From the IMG/VR virus record IMGVR_UViG_3300043409_001462, positions 32,001 through 96,000 of that record: a stretch of 64,000 nucleotides of DNA, one strand, 5' to 3'. A program made the translations under genes and the position numbers. Under the pieces are notes generated by a model that did not search any database, was not told the DNA's origin, and saw nothing but the letters and a program-made list of their open reading frames with translations. Positions 1 to 10,319 of the stretch are shown piece after piece. This DNA comes from a virus. The first letter of the stretch is position 1. The number at the start of each line of letters is the position of its first letter.

Positions 1-3000
1 ATAGGCAATCAAGCAGCAATATATAAATTATATCTTTTCAATATCAATATGAATGCTGGTCAAACATTCAGTAATGCTAGAAGTTTAATACGTTATAGCG
101 CTAGTGCTGTAAAGGCGGTTGCTGATATTGTTCTTACGTATAGCGCTGCTATCGCTAATAGTGTTGCATCTATCCAACAGCCAAAACTTGACACCTTAAT
201 TTTTCCATTAGGTCAACAAGCGATAACATCAAATGGGTTTAGTAGCACACAATATGTTTATAGAAATAAAAATAGTGCACAAATACAAACTACAGGTAGT
301 ATGGCTGTAGGATTACCTACTGTTGTTGGTTCTGGTACTGAAAGTTTTAACGTTTCTGGTGCTTTATCAACAAGCGAAATTAACAATTTTCTAGTTATAC
401 CAACAGCTAGTGTTTCTACAACTAACAAAGGTGGTACAGTAACTGTTATTTCTGGCAATTCAACTGTTAATAAAGGTAGTACTACGACCTATTTTAGTGA
501 TGATTACAGAAGTGGTGATTTTATAAAAATTGGCACTAACGTTTATCAAATCGCTTCTATTGCTAATAGTACACAACTTATTCTTACTACTAACTCAGTT
601 GCAAGTGCAACCAATTCTGTACATAGTAAATCCTTTGTAACTGGCGTCCCTATTGATTTTTCTCAACCGCATAGAAGCATTACAGTAGTCGCTAATTCTT
701 CTGCTACTTTTAGTTTAGGTGAAAATTTAGCAAGTACTCTACAAACAACTGTATACCACGATATTCTTAGAAAAAATACTGTTTCTATCGGTAAAAGTAT
801 TGTAAAAAATGCTCTGGTTAAAATCGATTGCTCGTCGCACTCAGCGAATAGTACTGGACCATGGTGTTTAGGTCTTCCAGATATTGCTGGAATCAATGGC
901 ATTTACATTGGAACTGATGGTGTATATTCGAATTCTACTACAGCTTCTGATTCTTCTAATCTATTTACTTTTATTGGTGGACAAACTGACAATAGCTATG
1001 ATTTAGGATTTATCAAATATAAAAACATTGACACATCATTAATAGACAATACTTCTACAATCCTTGTAGATTTAAATGTGTACACTCATAATCGTTCTCA
1101 GGGCGTTGGTTTCTTTACTGCTAACTCTTATCCTGTTAATGATACTCCTACTAGTCAACAAAGAACTACATCTATATACACTCAAGAAATTCCAACATAT
1201 ACTTCAACTTCTGGTTTAGTTTATGATCTTCGTGATTGCGTTGATTATCGTTATTTTGCTGCTAATACTGCAAACCCAACAACTACAGTAGGTTCTGCGA
1301 CAGTAAATCCAAGTAGTACTCAAACGTTTAATATTCTTCCTTCTGGTTCATATTTACCAAGTGTTAATAGTAACTGGCAGTCAGATGTAAAACATTACCT
1401 ACCAAGAAAAGACTTAGTTGTTGTAACTACCAAAGGTCGTTTGAAAATTATAGAAGGTGTTTCTAAAACTATTCCAAGAGCTCCAAATAATAAACCAGGT
1501 GGTATGCCTTTAGGTGTAGTAACAATACCACCATATCCATCTCTTACTTCTAAGAAAGCTAAAGAAGTTAACAGATATGATTATGCTATTTCTGCTTCTA
1601 TTACACAAAACAAACGTTTTACTATGGCGGAAATTGGCGCTCTGGCAACTAGAGTTGATAATCTAGAATACTACACTTCGCTCAATCTTCTTGAACAAGC
1701 AACTAGTAGTTTACTTGTTAAAAATAGCAGTACTGGTTTAAATAGATTTAAAAACGGTATTTTAGTTGATCCTTTTGCTGGTCATGATATAGGTGATACT
1801 ATAGATCCAAACTATAATATAGCTATAGATCCTATAAATAAAGAACTTAGACCAAAATTTAATCAGCGTCAAGAAGTATTTTTTATAGATCCTGAGTTAA
1901 GCACTGGTGTTGTTAAACGTGGTGATCTTGTAATGCTTGATTATCAAGAAAAGCAGTACATTGCTCAAAATTATGCAAGTAAATACAGAAACTGTGTTGA
2001 AGGTAATATATATGTATTTAAGGGATCAATTAACCTATTTCCAAATTACTCAGCTTCACCATCATTAAAAGAAAATCCAGACGTTGTTAATAATTTAGAC
2101 TTGTCTCAAAACTGGATTAATTTACAAAAAGCTTGGGGTACTCAGTGGGGTAATTGGACTACAGTAAGTTCATCAACTACTCCTTCTATTGGCGAAAAAA
2201 CTGAAACTGGTTCGAAAACCGACAGTGTTGGTAACGTATTAAAATCCTATACACAAAGAACTAAAACTACTACTACAACTAAAGAAGAAGCATTAGGAAC
2301 AAAATTAAATGTTTCTGGATTCAATGATACAAAAATGAATCTTGGAACTTTCGTTCAAGATATAACTATTCAGCCTTATATCAACAGTTTGAAAGTTCAA
2401 TTTAATTGTTTTTCATTAAAACCTGGTGCGAGAGTTTATGCTTATTTTAATAACATAGCAGTTTCTGACTGGTGTAAACCAACTTATAGAAATTTTCATG
2501 AAGCAGCAGAAGGTGGATTAGAATCTACTAATAGTGAATTACCTTTAAACTATTCAAAATACGGCGATCCTTTAATTGTTAATAGTGATGGTTCTATATT
2601 TGGTATATTCTTAATACCACCAAATAAATTCCAGTCGACTGAATTACAATTTATGCTTTGTGATATTGATAATTTAACATTAGGCTCTAGTGCAATTTCA
2701 ACACAAGCTAGTGCTACTTTTTATGCTACAAATCTTTCTATAGCAAAAGGTTCTTCTATTTTAAATACAAGAGATGTTGTAGTAAGTAGTGAAGAAGTAA
2801 AAAGCGAAAGAGATGTATTAAGCAGTCCTTCAATAACTGATAATACTACATATGAATTAACACCTGGTCCTAAAGTAAATCCACCTGGTTCTAAACTACC
2901 AGTGACTATAGGTCATCTAGATGATAATATTATTACTGTTGGAGATGGTTGGAATAATTGGGACGGTGGTGGTTATTATTCAGAAGGCGGCGGTGGTGAT

Positions 3001-3057
3001 GGTGGTGGCGCAGGTGGTTGTGGTTGTGACTCTGATGATTCTAGTTGCGACGAATAA
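1..3057 (+). CDS. VrlC/DUF4815-like baseplate/virion structural protein, N-terminal part (5'-truncated by the window edge)
   Basis: Frame is open from position 1 (IGNQAAIYKLYLFNINM...), so the ATG at 49 is internal. Motifs YDLRDCVDYR, YLPRKD, NKRFTMAEIG, RVDNLEYYTSLNLLE and RFKNGILVDPF match VrlC-like proteins of T4-like phages. Confidence 0.8.
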   Translation: MGNQAAIYKLYLFNINMNAGQTFSNARSLIRYSASAVKAVADIVLTYSAAIANSVASIQQPKLDTLIFPLGQQAITSNGFSSTQYVYRNKNSAQIQTTGSMAVGLPTVVGSGTESFNVSGALSTSEINNFLVIPTASVSTTNKGGTVTVISGNSTVNKGSTTTYFSDDYRSGDFIKIGTNVYQIASIANSTQLILTTNSVASATNSVHSKSFVTGVPIDFSQPHRSITVVANSSATFSLGENLASTLQTTVYHDILRKNTVSIGKSIVKNALVKIDCSSHSANSTGPWCLGLPDIAGINGIYIGTDGVYSNSTTASDSSNLFTFIGGQTDNSYDLGFIKYKNIDTSLIDNTSTILVDLNVYTHNRSQGVGFFTANSYPVNDTPTSQQRTTSIYTQEIPTYTSTSGLVYDLRDCVDYRYFAANTANPTTTVGSATVNPSSTQTFNILPSGSYLPSVNSNWQSDVKHYLPRKDLVVVTTKGRLKIIEGVSKTIPRAPNNKPGGMPLGVVTIPPYPSLTSKKAKEVNRYDYAISASITQNKRFTMAEIGALATRVDNLEYYTSLNLLEQATSSLLVKNSSTGLNRFKNGILVDPFAGHDIGDTIDPNYNIAIDPINKELRPKFNQRQEVFFIDPELSTGVVKRGDLVMLDYQEKQYIAQNYASKYRNCVEGNIYVFKGSINLFPNYSASPSLKENPDVVNNLDLSQNWINLQKAWGTQWGNWTTVSSSTTPSIGEKTETGSKTDSVGNVLKSYTQRTKTTTTTKEEALGTKLNVSGFNDTKMNLGTFVQDITIQPYINSLKVQFNCFSLKPGARVYAYFNNIAVSDWCKPTYRNFHEAAEGGLESTNSELPLNYSKYGDPLIVNSDGSIFGIFLIPPNKFQSTELQFMLCDIDNLTLGSSAISTQASATFYATNLSIAKGSSILNTRDVVVSSEEVKSERDVLSSPSITDNTTYELTPGPKVNPPGSKLPVTIGHLDDNIITVGDGWNNWDGGGYYSEGGGGDGGGAGGCGCDSDDSSCDE

Positions 3058-3060
3058 ATA
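3053..3060 (+). promoter_or_regulatory. T4-type late promoter variant (AATAAATA)
   Basis: 1 mismatch to TATAAATA, 26 nt upstream of the ATG at 3087. Confidence 0.5.
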
Positions 3061-3086
3061 AGATAGTAATCTAAAAAGGTAAAAAT

Positions 3087-5579
3087 ATGAAACCTATTGC
3101 ACAAACTTTTTATGTAAACGAACCAGAAAATGGTGTAGCTGGTGTTCATTTAACTAGCATCGAATTATTTTTTAAATCGAAAAGCCCAACTTTTGGCGTA
3201 CAAGTACAAATACGTACAACTGATAATGGTAATCCTACAAAAAATGCATTACCATTTGCCGACGTCCAATTACCTTCTTCTTCGGTAAACATAAGCGATG
3301 ATGCTAGTGTTTCTACTAAATTTATATTTAGATGTCCTATTTTTTTACAAGCAGCTACTTCGTATGCTATTGTAATTATACCACTTGGAAGCAATCCAGA
3401 TTATCAAATTTGGACTGCAGAATTAGCGCCTGGAACTGTCGATGTAACAACAAATACACCAATTAAAACAAATAATGACACTGGTACGCTGTTTCTTTCA
3501 TCAAATGATATTCAATTTACGTCAATACAAACAGAAGACATTAAGTTTGTATTGTATATTGCTGATTTTAAATCTACTTCAGGTCGTGCAGTATTTCATT
3601 CTGCAAATTCTGATTATGCTATTCTTAAAGAAAAAATTGGTAATTATATTCCTAGAGAAAAATTAGTTATTTCAAATAACTCTTATGATTTAGCTAGATT
3701 AACTGTGACTTCTAATACTGCTGCATTTATAAATGGAGAAGTTATTTTCCAAACTAATAGCACATCTGCTAATATTGCAACGGGTGTAGTGCATTCAGCT
3801 AACACAACTTCAATTAAAATTACTAACAGTGTCGGAACTTGGGTTACCAATCGTCAAGTTAAAGGATTATCTTCTAGTGCTAATGCTGTTATTTCAGCAG
3901 CATTTCAAAATGTAATAACAACCGAAGGTTCAAATAATATTACTGTTCCATTCAGTAACATTTTCTCTGCTGGACAAATGATTTATGTAGGTAATAATAA
4001 TAGATTAATAATGCAACCAGCTTTCGTAAATTCTGTTATCGATGTTGCAACTATAAAATTAAATAGTAACATAGTATTTTCAGAATCAGCTAGTTTATTT
4101 GGAAGAATTAGAGGTGATGGAAATCTTTATGCAGGGGCGCAAAGTGTATCTGATAATGATACTAATGATCGTTTTACTATTATTTTAGACAATATATCTG
4201 GTAATACTACAATGAATTTCGCTGATGCAAAAAATCAGTATTTAATTGGTACATCATCTGGAACTTCCGCTAGAGTTATTACAGTATATGATTCTGAATA
4301 TAATGCTATCGTTCCTCAATTCGCAGAGTCAATTCCAAACGATACTAATATTAATTGGTCTTTCAGTGGTGTAGCTGCTGATAATAGTAGAACTGTCGAT
4401 GCTTTTGAAACACCTTTGATAAACAATGTAGAAAAAGAATTGTATGATACTCCTAGAACATTGATGTCTAGAAGTAACGAATTAGCCAAGCTTTCTGGAA
4501 ATAGAAAAGGTAGTTTTTCTTCATCAGTATACGCTGATTTATTTACAGGCAATAATATGATTTCGCCAGTTATCGATGTTGGCGCTAAAGCAATGGTAAC
4601 TACTATTTCTAATGCTATTGTACCAGAAGAAAAATTAACTGGTTATCGTTTATTAATTGAAAATAATCCATTTAGTGTTGGTGATATCGTTAAACAACAA
4701 AATGCAAATTCTGTATTCAGTGGGGGAATCCCATACGTATATGGTGAAGGTAGAGTATTTAAAGCGGATGATACTCAAGTTCTTGTAACAAATGTTAATG
4801 GTTATTTTCAGAGCGCAAATAGTATTATGCTTTCTTCTGACACTAATACTAACGCTTTTGTTACAGATTCGAACTGGTTTAGAGAATCAGGCAATTTTAA
4901 TATTAGATATTCTTCTCGTTATATTTCTAAAAGCGTTATTCTTGCAGAAGGACAAGATGCAGAAGATATTAAAGTTTATCTTACTGCTTATCGTCCAGCT
5001 GGAACTGATTTCTTAGTTTATGGTAAATTTCAAAATGGAGAAGATCCAGATCCATTCAAGAATAAGAACTGGACGTTACTCAATCAAATATCTTCACCTT
5101 CATTACTAAGTAGTTTTGTAAATACTAACGATTTCGTAGAAATTGAATATGGTTTACCGAAGAGTTATCGCATAGCAAGAGATTCTTCGAATTGTAATAT
5201 CAACGATGAAACTATGAGAGTTAACGCTATAGCAGTTCAAAAAATTGATGTTGGTAGTTTTGTATATGTTGCAGATACTGCTTCTGATAAATTCTTCGTT
5301 GGAAAAGTTCGTAAAATCGTTAATACTAACTTAATTATGCTTACTGATTATCCTCCATTTTCTATTGCTAACGGTGAATTTGGAGTTATCAGAAACTTAG
5401 AAACAACTGCAGGAGCTTTTGTTTATACTGCGAATAATAACGTTATAAGATATGTTTCAGCTGATAAGGTTGTGTATGATACTTACAAAACTTTCGCTAT
5501 AAAAATTGTACCTATTTCTTCTTCAACAGCGATTGTTCCTAGAGCAAGAGATTTGAGAGCTATCGCGCTGCAGGTGTAA
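3087..5579 (+). CDS. VrlC-like structural protein, C-terminal part encoded as a separate gene
   Basis: Starts PIAQTF...LTSIELFFKSK and contains GTLFLSSN, EDIKF, SRYISKSVILAEGQDAEDIKVYLTAYRP; ends VPRARDLRAIALQ, as in VrlC C-terminal domains. Confidence 0.8.
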   Translation: MKPIAQTFYVNEPENGVAGVHLTSIELFFKSKSPTFGVQVQIRTTDNGNPTKNALPFADVQLPSSSVNISDDASVSTKFIFRCPIFLQAATSYAIVIIPLGSNPDYQIWTAELAPGTVDVTTNTPIKTNNDTGTLFLSSNDIQFTSIQTEDIKFVLYIADFKSTSGRAVFHSANSDYAILKEKIGNYIPREKLVISNNSYDLARLTVTSNTAAFINGEVIFQTNSTSANIATGVVHSANTTSIKITNSVGTWVTNRQVKGLSSSANAVISAAFQNVITTEGSNNITVPFSNIFSAGQMIYVGNNNRLIMQPAFVNSVIDVATIKLNSNIVFSESASLFGRIRGDGNLYAGAQSVSDNDTNDRFTIILDNISGNTTMNFADAKNQYLIGTSSGTSARVITVYDSEYNAIVPQFAESIPNDTNINWSFSGVAADNSRTVDAFETPLINNVEKELYDTPRTLMSRSNELAKLSGNRKGSFSSSVYADLFTGNNMISPVIDVGAKAMVTTISNAIVPEEKLTGYRLLIENNPFSVGDIVKQQNANSVFSGGIPYVYGEGRVFKADDTQVLVTNVNGYFQSANSIMLSSDTNTNAFVTDSNWFRESGNFNIRYSSRYISKSVILAEGQDAEDIKVYLTAYRPAGTDFLVYGKFQNGEDPDPFKNKNWTLLNQISSPSLLSSFVNTNDFVEIEYGLPKSYRIARDSSNCNINDETMRVNAIAVQKIDVGSFVYVADTASDKFFVGKVRKIVNTNLIMLTDYPPFSIANGEFGVIRNLETTAGAFVYTANNNVIRYVSADKVVYDTYKTFAIKIVPISSSTAIVPRARDLRAIALQV

Positions 5580-5583
5580 GAAA

Positions 5584-5799
5584 ATGGTTGAGTATATCAA
5601 AGTTCAAGATCATAAAAATTTACTGAGACAAAAAAACAGTAAAGGTATAATAAATTGCGACTTGGACGAACTTAATAAATACAAATTAGAACGTGAGTAT
5701 AAAACAAAAATAGCTAGGGTTGTTAAAGAGCATGACGAAATGAAAAACGACCTAAACGAGATTAAAGAAATGTTAAAAACTCTGTTAGGAAAAAGATAA
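5584..5799 (+). CDS. small conserved coiled-coil protein typically following VrlC in T4-like phages
   Basis: IKVQDHKNLLR...GIIN N-terminus plus heptad C-terminus LNEIKEMLKTLL; tight spacing. Confidence 0.65.
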   Translation: MVEYIKVQDHKNLLRQKNSKGIINCDLDELNKYKLEREYKTKIARVVKEHDEMKNDLNEIKEMLKTLLGKR

Positions 5800-5802
5800 T
5801 AA

Positions 5803-8800
5803 ATGGCCATTCAAATTTCGCAAATTGCAATTTCTCAATCTTTTGGTGTCGTTATTCAAAGAATAAACGACATGGCAGATTCTTTTACCGCTAACGTTGT
5901 TACGACTGGAGCATTAGCTGGTGGTGCTTACACTACTGGCAATGCATATGTCAATGGTATGTTCGGTTCAAATGTGCTCTATACAACTACTCTTGCTGGT
6001 GGTAATATTTCTACCAATACAGCGTTATTGATTGCATCAAATACATATGTAAACAACTATCTCAGTGTTGGTAATACTACTATCAATGCAGCTTTTGGAT
6101 ATGTAACAGCAACTCAGTCTATTGCTTCTTTTTACGCAAGTACCAATTCATATATTCAAACAACTACTACTAACGTAAACACAGGACCATCTGCTTCTGC
6201 GGATTGGACTGCGTATAATGACATAGAAAATGGATCTGTATTCATTGATATGGGTGTTTTGAGTAGTACTTGGTCTAATACACAATGGACTATCGGCGGA
6301 GCAAACGACGGTTATCTTTATACTGGTGGTGGAAATCTTTCTGTTGGTACTAACTCTGAAAACAAGTATATTAATTTCTTTACTGGTGGTGGATTTACCG
6401 AAAACGAAAGAATGAGAATTACTGGCAGTGGTAATGTTGGTATCAAAAATACTAATCCAGACGCTACTCTTGCTGTTACAGGTACAGCTAACGTTTCTGC
6501 TAACGTTAGAATCGGCGGTTATACTACTGTCGCTAACAGCTTCAGCGTCAGCACGATAGATTCAAATTTAACTCCTAACACAAACAATACTCGAAGCTTA
6601 GGCAACTCAACTAATCGTTGGGCTTCGCTTTATGTTTCTGGTTCTACAATATACCTAGGAACAGTATCGCTTTTTGATAGTTCTGGTAGCCTTCAAACTT
6701 CTGGCGGGGCTGTCGTTAATGGAGCTCTATCAGTAAACAGTTCTATTACTGGAGCAAATACTATTTCTGTAACAGGCAATGCTACTTTTAGTAATACAAT
6801 AATTGTGACAGGTAATTCTACATTTGGTAATACAATCGCTGTTACTGGTAATGCTACTTTTAGTAATTCTGTAGCGGTTACTGGAGCTGTCGCTCTTGCT
6901 AATACAATTACTGTTACTGGAGCTACTACACTTTCGAATACTATCGCAGTTACTGGTGCTACTACTTTAAGTAATACTATCACTGTAACAGGCGCTGCTA
7001 CATTCAGTAATTCTTCCGCTTACACTGGTCCAGCTTCTTTCAGTAATACTATCACAGCTGTAGGAAATGTTACTTTCGGTAATACTTTCTTTGTAAATGG
7101 AGCTGTTACAGTTAATAGTTCTATGAATGTAGTAAGTAATGTACAGTTTGCAAATACTCTTTCGGTTACAGGTAATGTTTCCTTTGCTAATTTAATTATT
7201 GTTACTGGTGCAGCAACTCTATCTAATACTATATCCGTTACTGGCGCTGCTACTCTAAGCAATAGTATAGCTATCACAGGCGCTGCTACACTTTCAAATA
7301 CTATCTCTGTAACTGGAGCAGCAACGTTCAGTAATTCTTCAGCTCATACTGGAGCTGCTACATTCGGTAACACAGTAGCAATTGAAGGAGCGGTAACAGT
7401 AAACAATAGTATTACTGCAAATAGTTCTCTTTCAGTTAATGGCGCTGTGATTGTTTCTAATAATAATTTAAGTATCGCAACAAGTAGCGGTTCTTCTATT
7501 AGCGTAGGAGATGGCGCTGTTAATACTGTAATTAATTCTTCTTCTATTACAGTAACAAACATAGTTGGAACTAACATCGCTGGTTTGATTACTACTATCA
7601 GTCAACCAAGAATTACTGCAAACAATGCATTGTTCTTGAATGGTAATAGTGCAGCAACTCTAAGATCTTATACTGATACAGCTTATACTAATGCTACTTC
7701 ATATGCTGATACAGCAGCTGCTACTGCATATGCTAATTCTCTTGTATACGCTGCATCTGCTTCTCAATCATCTTATCTTAATGCACAATCAGATCTCCAG
7801 GCTGCTGTTGCTGCTTTAAACGCAGGTATTACTTCTGGTTCTTCAAACGCCCATAATTTAATTACTGGTACAGTGCCTTCAGGAAGACTTACTGGTTCTT
7901 ATACTGGTGTTACAGCTGTTGGTACGCTACCAACATTATCTGCTAATGTTATTACTTCAAACAGTATAAATGTCGCAAACTCAGTTAGTATCGGTAACAG
8001 TGTTATTGTGACAGGTAATGCAAACGTTGGAGGAGACCTTCGCGTAATAGGTAACATGTTTATTAGTGGCACTCTTGCTGCTTCTCAATCAGCTGCTGGT
8101 GATATTATCCCAACAAGTAATGGTGTTAACCTTGGTAGCGTTACGAAAAGATTTAACGTATATGCTATGACTGGTAATTTCGCTGAACCAGTAACAGTTT
8201 CTAATAGTGTTACATTTGGTAATACTTACCCAGAATCAAATGGGCGTTTGTTCGGTAATAATACATTACGTTGGACTATTTCTGCTAATACTATCGATTG
8301 CGGTAATGGTACATTTACAAATGCTTCTTTCGCTAACGTTACTGTATCATCAAATTCATCACTAAACGTCGCTACAGTAAATACAGTATTCATTACTGGT
8401 GTTAGCTCTCATACTGGTAACAGTTCTTTCGCTTCAAATACTTCATTCGATGCAAATGCTACTTTCTCTGGTGTTGTTTCTGTAAGTAATAACGTTACTA
8501 TAACAGGTAATACTAGCGTTTCAAATTTCTTATCCGTGAATGGAATTTCTTACGGATATTCTACGAAATATAATGTAACAACGACAGCTCTGCAAACTGC
8601 AGATAATTTCAGTGCTACATCATATAGATCCGCTGAATATATCGTTCAAATGACTGATTCAACTAACTATCAGGTAAGTAAACTACTAGTTCTTCATGAC
8701 GGAACTACAGCTTACGTAACTGAATATGCTCAGTTGTATAATAATAGTCTTTTAGGTACATTCAGCGCTGATATTAACAGCGGTAACGTCAGACTGCGTG

Positions 8801-8859
8801 TAACCCCAACAACAGGTACAGTTGTTGTTACATTAACTAGAACTAGTTTGGTGGTATAA
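5803..8859 (+). CDS. long fibre/virion structural protein with 12-aa beta-helix repeats
   Basis: ERMRITGSGNVGI motif, many VTGAATLSNTIS repeats, C-terminal YRSAEYIVQ...HDGTTAYVTEYA beta-sandwich seen in T4-like fibre proteins. Confidence 0.75.
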   Translation: MAIQISQIAISQSFGVVIQRINDMADSFTANVVTTGALAGGAYTTGNAYVNGMFGSNVLYTTTLAGGNISTNTALLIASNTYVNNYLSVGNTTINAAFGYVTATQSIASFYASTNSYIQTTTTNVNTGPSASADWTAYNDIENGSVFIDMGVLSSTWSNTQWTIGGANDGYLYTGGGNLSVGTNSENKYINFFTGGGFTENERMRITGSGNVGIKNTNPDATLAVTGTANVSANVRIGGYTTVANSFSVSTIDSNLTPNTNNTRSLGNSTNRWASLYVSGSTIYLGTVSLFDSSGSLQTSGGAVVNGALSVNSSITGANTISVTGNATFSNTIIVTGNSTFGNTIAVTGNATFSNSVAVTGAVALANTITVTGATTLSNTIAVTGATTLSNTITVTGAATFSNSSAYTGPASFSNTITAVGNVTFGNTFFVNGAVTVNSSMNVVSNVQFANTLSVTGNVSFANLIIVTGAATLSNTISVTGAATLSNSIAITGAATLSNTISVTGAATFSNSSAHTGAATFGNTVAIEGAVTVNNSITANSSLSVNGAVIVSNNNLSIATSSGSSISVGDGAVNTVINSSSITVTNIVGTNIAGLITTISQPRITANNALFLNGNSAATLRSYTDTAYTNATSYADTAAATAYANSLVYAASASQSSYLNAQSDLQAAVAALNAGITSGSSNAHNLITGTVPSGRLTGSYTGVTAVGTLPTLSANVITSNSINVANSVSIGNSVIVTGNANVGGDLRVIGNMFISGTLAASQSAAGDIIPTSNGVNLGSVTKRFNVYAMTGNFAEPVTVSNSVTFGNTYPESNGRLFGNNTLRWTISANTIDCGNGTFTNASFANVTVSSNSSLNVATVNTVFITGVSSHTGNSSFASNTSFDANATFSGVVSVSNNVTITGNTSVSNFLSVNGISYGYSTKYNVTTTALQTADNFSATSYRSAEYIVQMTDSTNYQVSKLLVLHDGTTAYVTEYAQLYNNSLLGTFSADINSGNVRLRVTPTTGTVVVTLTRTSLVV
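6763..7410 (+). repeat. 36-nt/12-aa degenerate tandem repeat (VTGAATLSNTI[ST]), about 18 units
   Basis: Visible in the translation and as repeated actgg(a/t/c)gct...aatac in the DNA. Confidence 0.85.
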
Positions 8860-8860
8860 A

Positions 8861-9190
8861 ATGGCATCAAAAGCTAACTTAGTAATAGATCAAGGCGCTA
8901 CATTTTCTACTGATTTGTATTTGACAGATACAGATGGTGCACCATTATTATTGAATGGTTATACAGCAGATTCTCAGATGAGAAAATGGTATACTTCTTC
9001 TAATTCTTCGGCTGTTTTTACGACCTTTGTTAATGTAGAATCTTCGTTTATAACTCTAAGCTTGGCGGCTAATTCGACAGGCGCTTTGACTGCTGGTAGA
9101 TATGTTTATGATGTAGAAATATCTGATGGTAATACTGTGTCGAGAGTTGTGGAAGGAATTGTTACAGTAACACCTCAAGTAACGAGATAA
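8861..9190 (+). CDS. conserved small virion beta-sandwich protein (fibre anchor/adaptor-like)
   Basis: ANLVIDQGATF...AGRYVYDVEI...RVVEGIVTVTPQVTR, a recurrent T4-like phage protein. Confidence 0.75.
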   Translation: MASKANLVIDQGATFSTDLYLTDTDGAPLLLNGYTADSQMRKWYTSSNSSAVFTTFVNVESSFITLSLAANSTGALTAGRYVYDVEISDGNTVSRVVEGIVTVTPQVTR

Positions 9191-9193
9191 CAA

Positions 9194-9535
9194 ATGGTTA
9201 ACGTAGCAGTACTAAACAAAATTCAAAGTATTAGAGTAAACACTAGTATTGATAAAATGAAATCTACTAATGTAGTAGTTGCAAATAAAAGAAACGTTCA
9301 AGTTTCTGCAAATGCTACAATGGGCGTAATAGATTCTACTACTCCTGTAACCATAATAAATACTCCTACGTTAATTTCTATGGGTGCTACAAGATTAAGC
9401 CAGCTCGAAGATGTTAACACAAGTAACAAAGTACAAGGTGCTACACTTGTTTACGAATCTGGTAATAATACTTACGTTGTGACACAGCTTGATATGCAAT
9501 ATATTACAGGAGGATTACAGGGAGGTACTTTTTAG
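9194..9535 (+). CDS. small fibre adaptor ending in GGTF
   Basis: RLSQLEDV...GATLVY motif; C-terminus LQGGTF. Confidence 0.6.
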   Translation: MVNVAVLNKIQSIRVNTSIDKMKSTNVVVANKRNVQVSANATMGVIDSTTPVTIINTPTLISMGATRLSQLEDVNTSNKVQGATLVYESGNNTYVVTQLDMQYITGGLQGGTF

Positions 9536-9536
9536 A

Positions 9537-9544
9537 TATAAATA
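9537..9544 (+). promoter_or_regulatory. T4-type late promoter TATAAATA
   Basis: Perfect consensus, intergenic, 21 nt before the ATG at 9566; gp55 is in the window. Confidence 0.75.
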
Positions 9545-9565
9545 TTAGAAAAAGAGCTTTAAAAT

Positions 9566-10318
9566 ATGGCTTATAGACCAATTCAAATAAAGTATTCGGT
9601 ATCGAATGCGGTTGTACCTACCTTAATTCCTGGCGAACTTGCGTTCACACAAGCTGGGAATAATTTTTTTATTGGTGCACCTGATGGCGTTTCGGGTAAT
9701 ATACGTATTGGACATAAGTTTCATGATGGTGTGCTTACCGCCAACGAAGCTTTAGTTGCCAACTCTTCTGGTGGTATAGATAGATTATACGCCGCAGCTG
9801 GTGATATTTACTCTATTAATTCTTATTCTATTACTACTAATAGTCTTTCAACTGGAAGTCTTTCAGTAACTCAATTAAACAGTTCGAATATAAGCATTAC
9901 AACCATGTTGGCCAACAGTTCTTCTGGCGAACCTGGATATGTTCTTACTTCTGCTGGCGTTAATGGAAATGTATACTGGAAGCAAATAACCGAAGGAAGT
10001 GCGACGTCTAATACTTATTACGTAACCAGTAATATGTATGATTTTAGAGCGTATAACATGGGGTTTATGAATATAGCACCAAATCAAAATGCCGAAACTC
10101 TTGGATTTAGAACTGAAATAACAATACCATATGGTTCTATTTGGCTTCTTGCTAAAAACACAACAGACCAGCCACCTGTTTCAATATCTTCTCCTGGTAC
10201 TACTATAACACCGATGATGTGGATTTCAGTCGATAAAAGTGGAACTTATGATCCTGATACTAATCCAAACGGTAAAGATTATTGGTTTAACATAACACCA
10301 CCACCGTCGGGAGCATAG
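9566..10318 (+). CDS. short fibre protein with Mtd_N-like N-terminus
   Basis: IQIKYS...PGELAFT N-terminus; G-x-x-G-Y-V-L-T-S...VYW fibre motif; N-terminal region paralogous to ORF 11400. Confidence 0.65.
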   Translation: MAYRPIQIKYSVSNAVVPTLIPGELAFTQAGNNFFIGAPDGVSGNIRIGHKFHDGVLTANEALVANSSGGIDRLYAAAGDIYSINSYSITTNSLSTGSLSVTQLNSSNISITTMLANSSSGEPGYVLTSAGVNGNVYWKQITEGSATSNTYYVTSNMYDFRAYNMGFMNIAPNQNAETLGFRTEITIPYGSIWLLAKNTTDQPPVSISSPGTTITPMMWISVDKSGTYDPDTNPNGKDYWFNITPPPSGA

Positions 10319-10319
10319 A

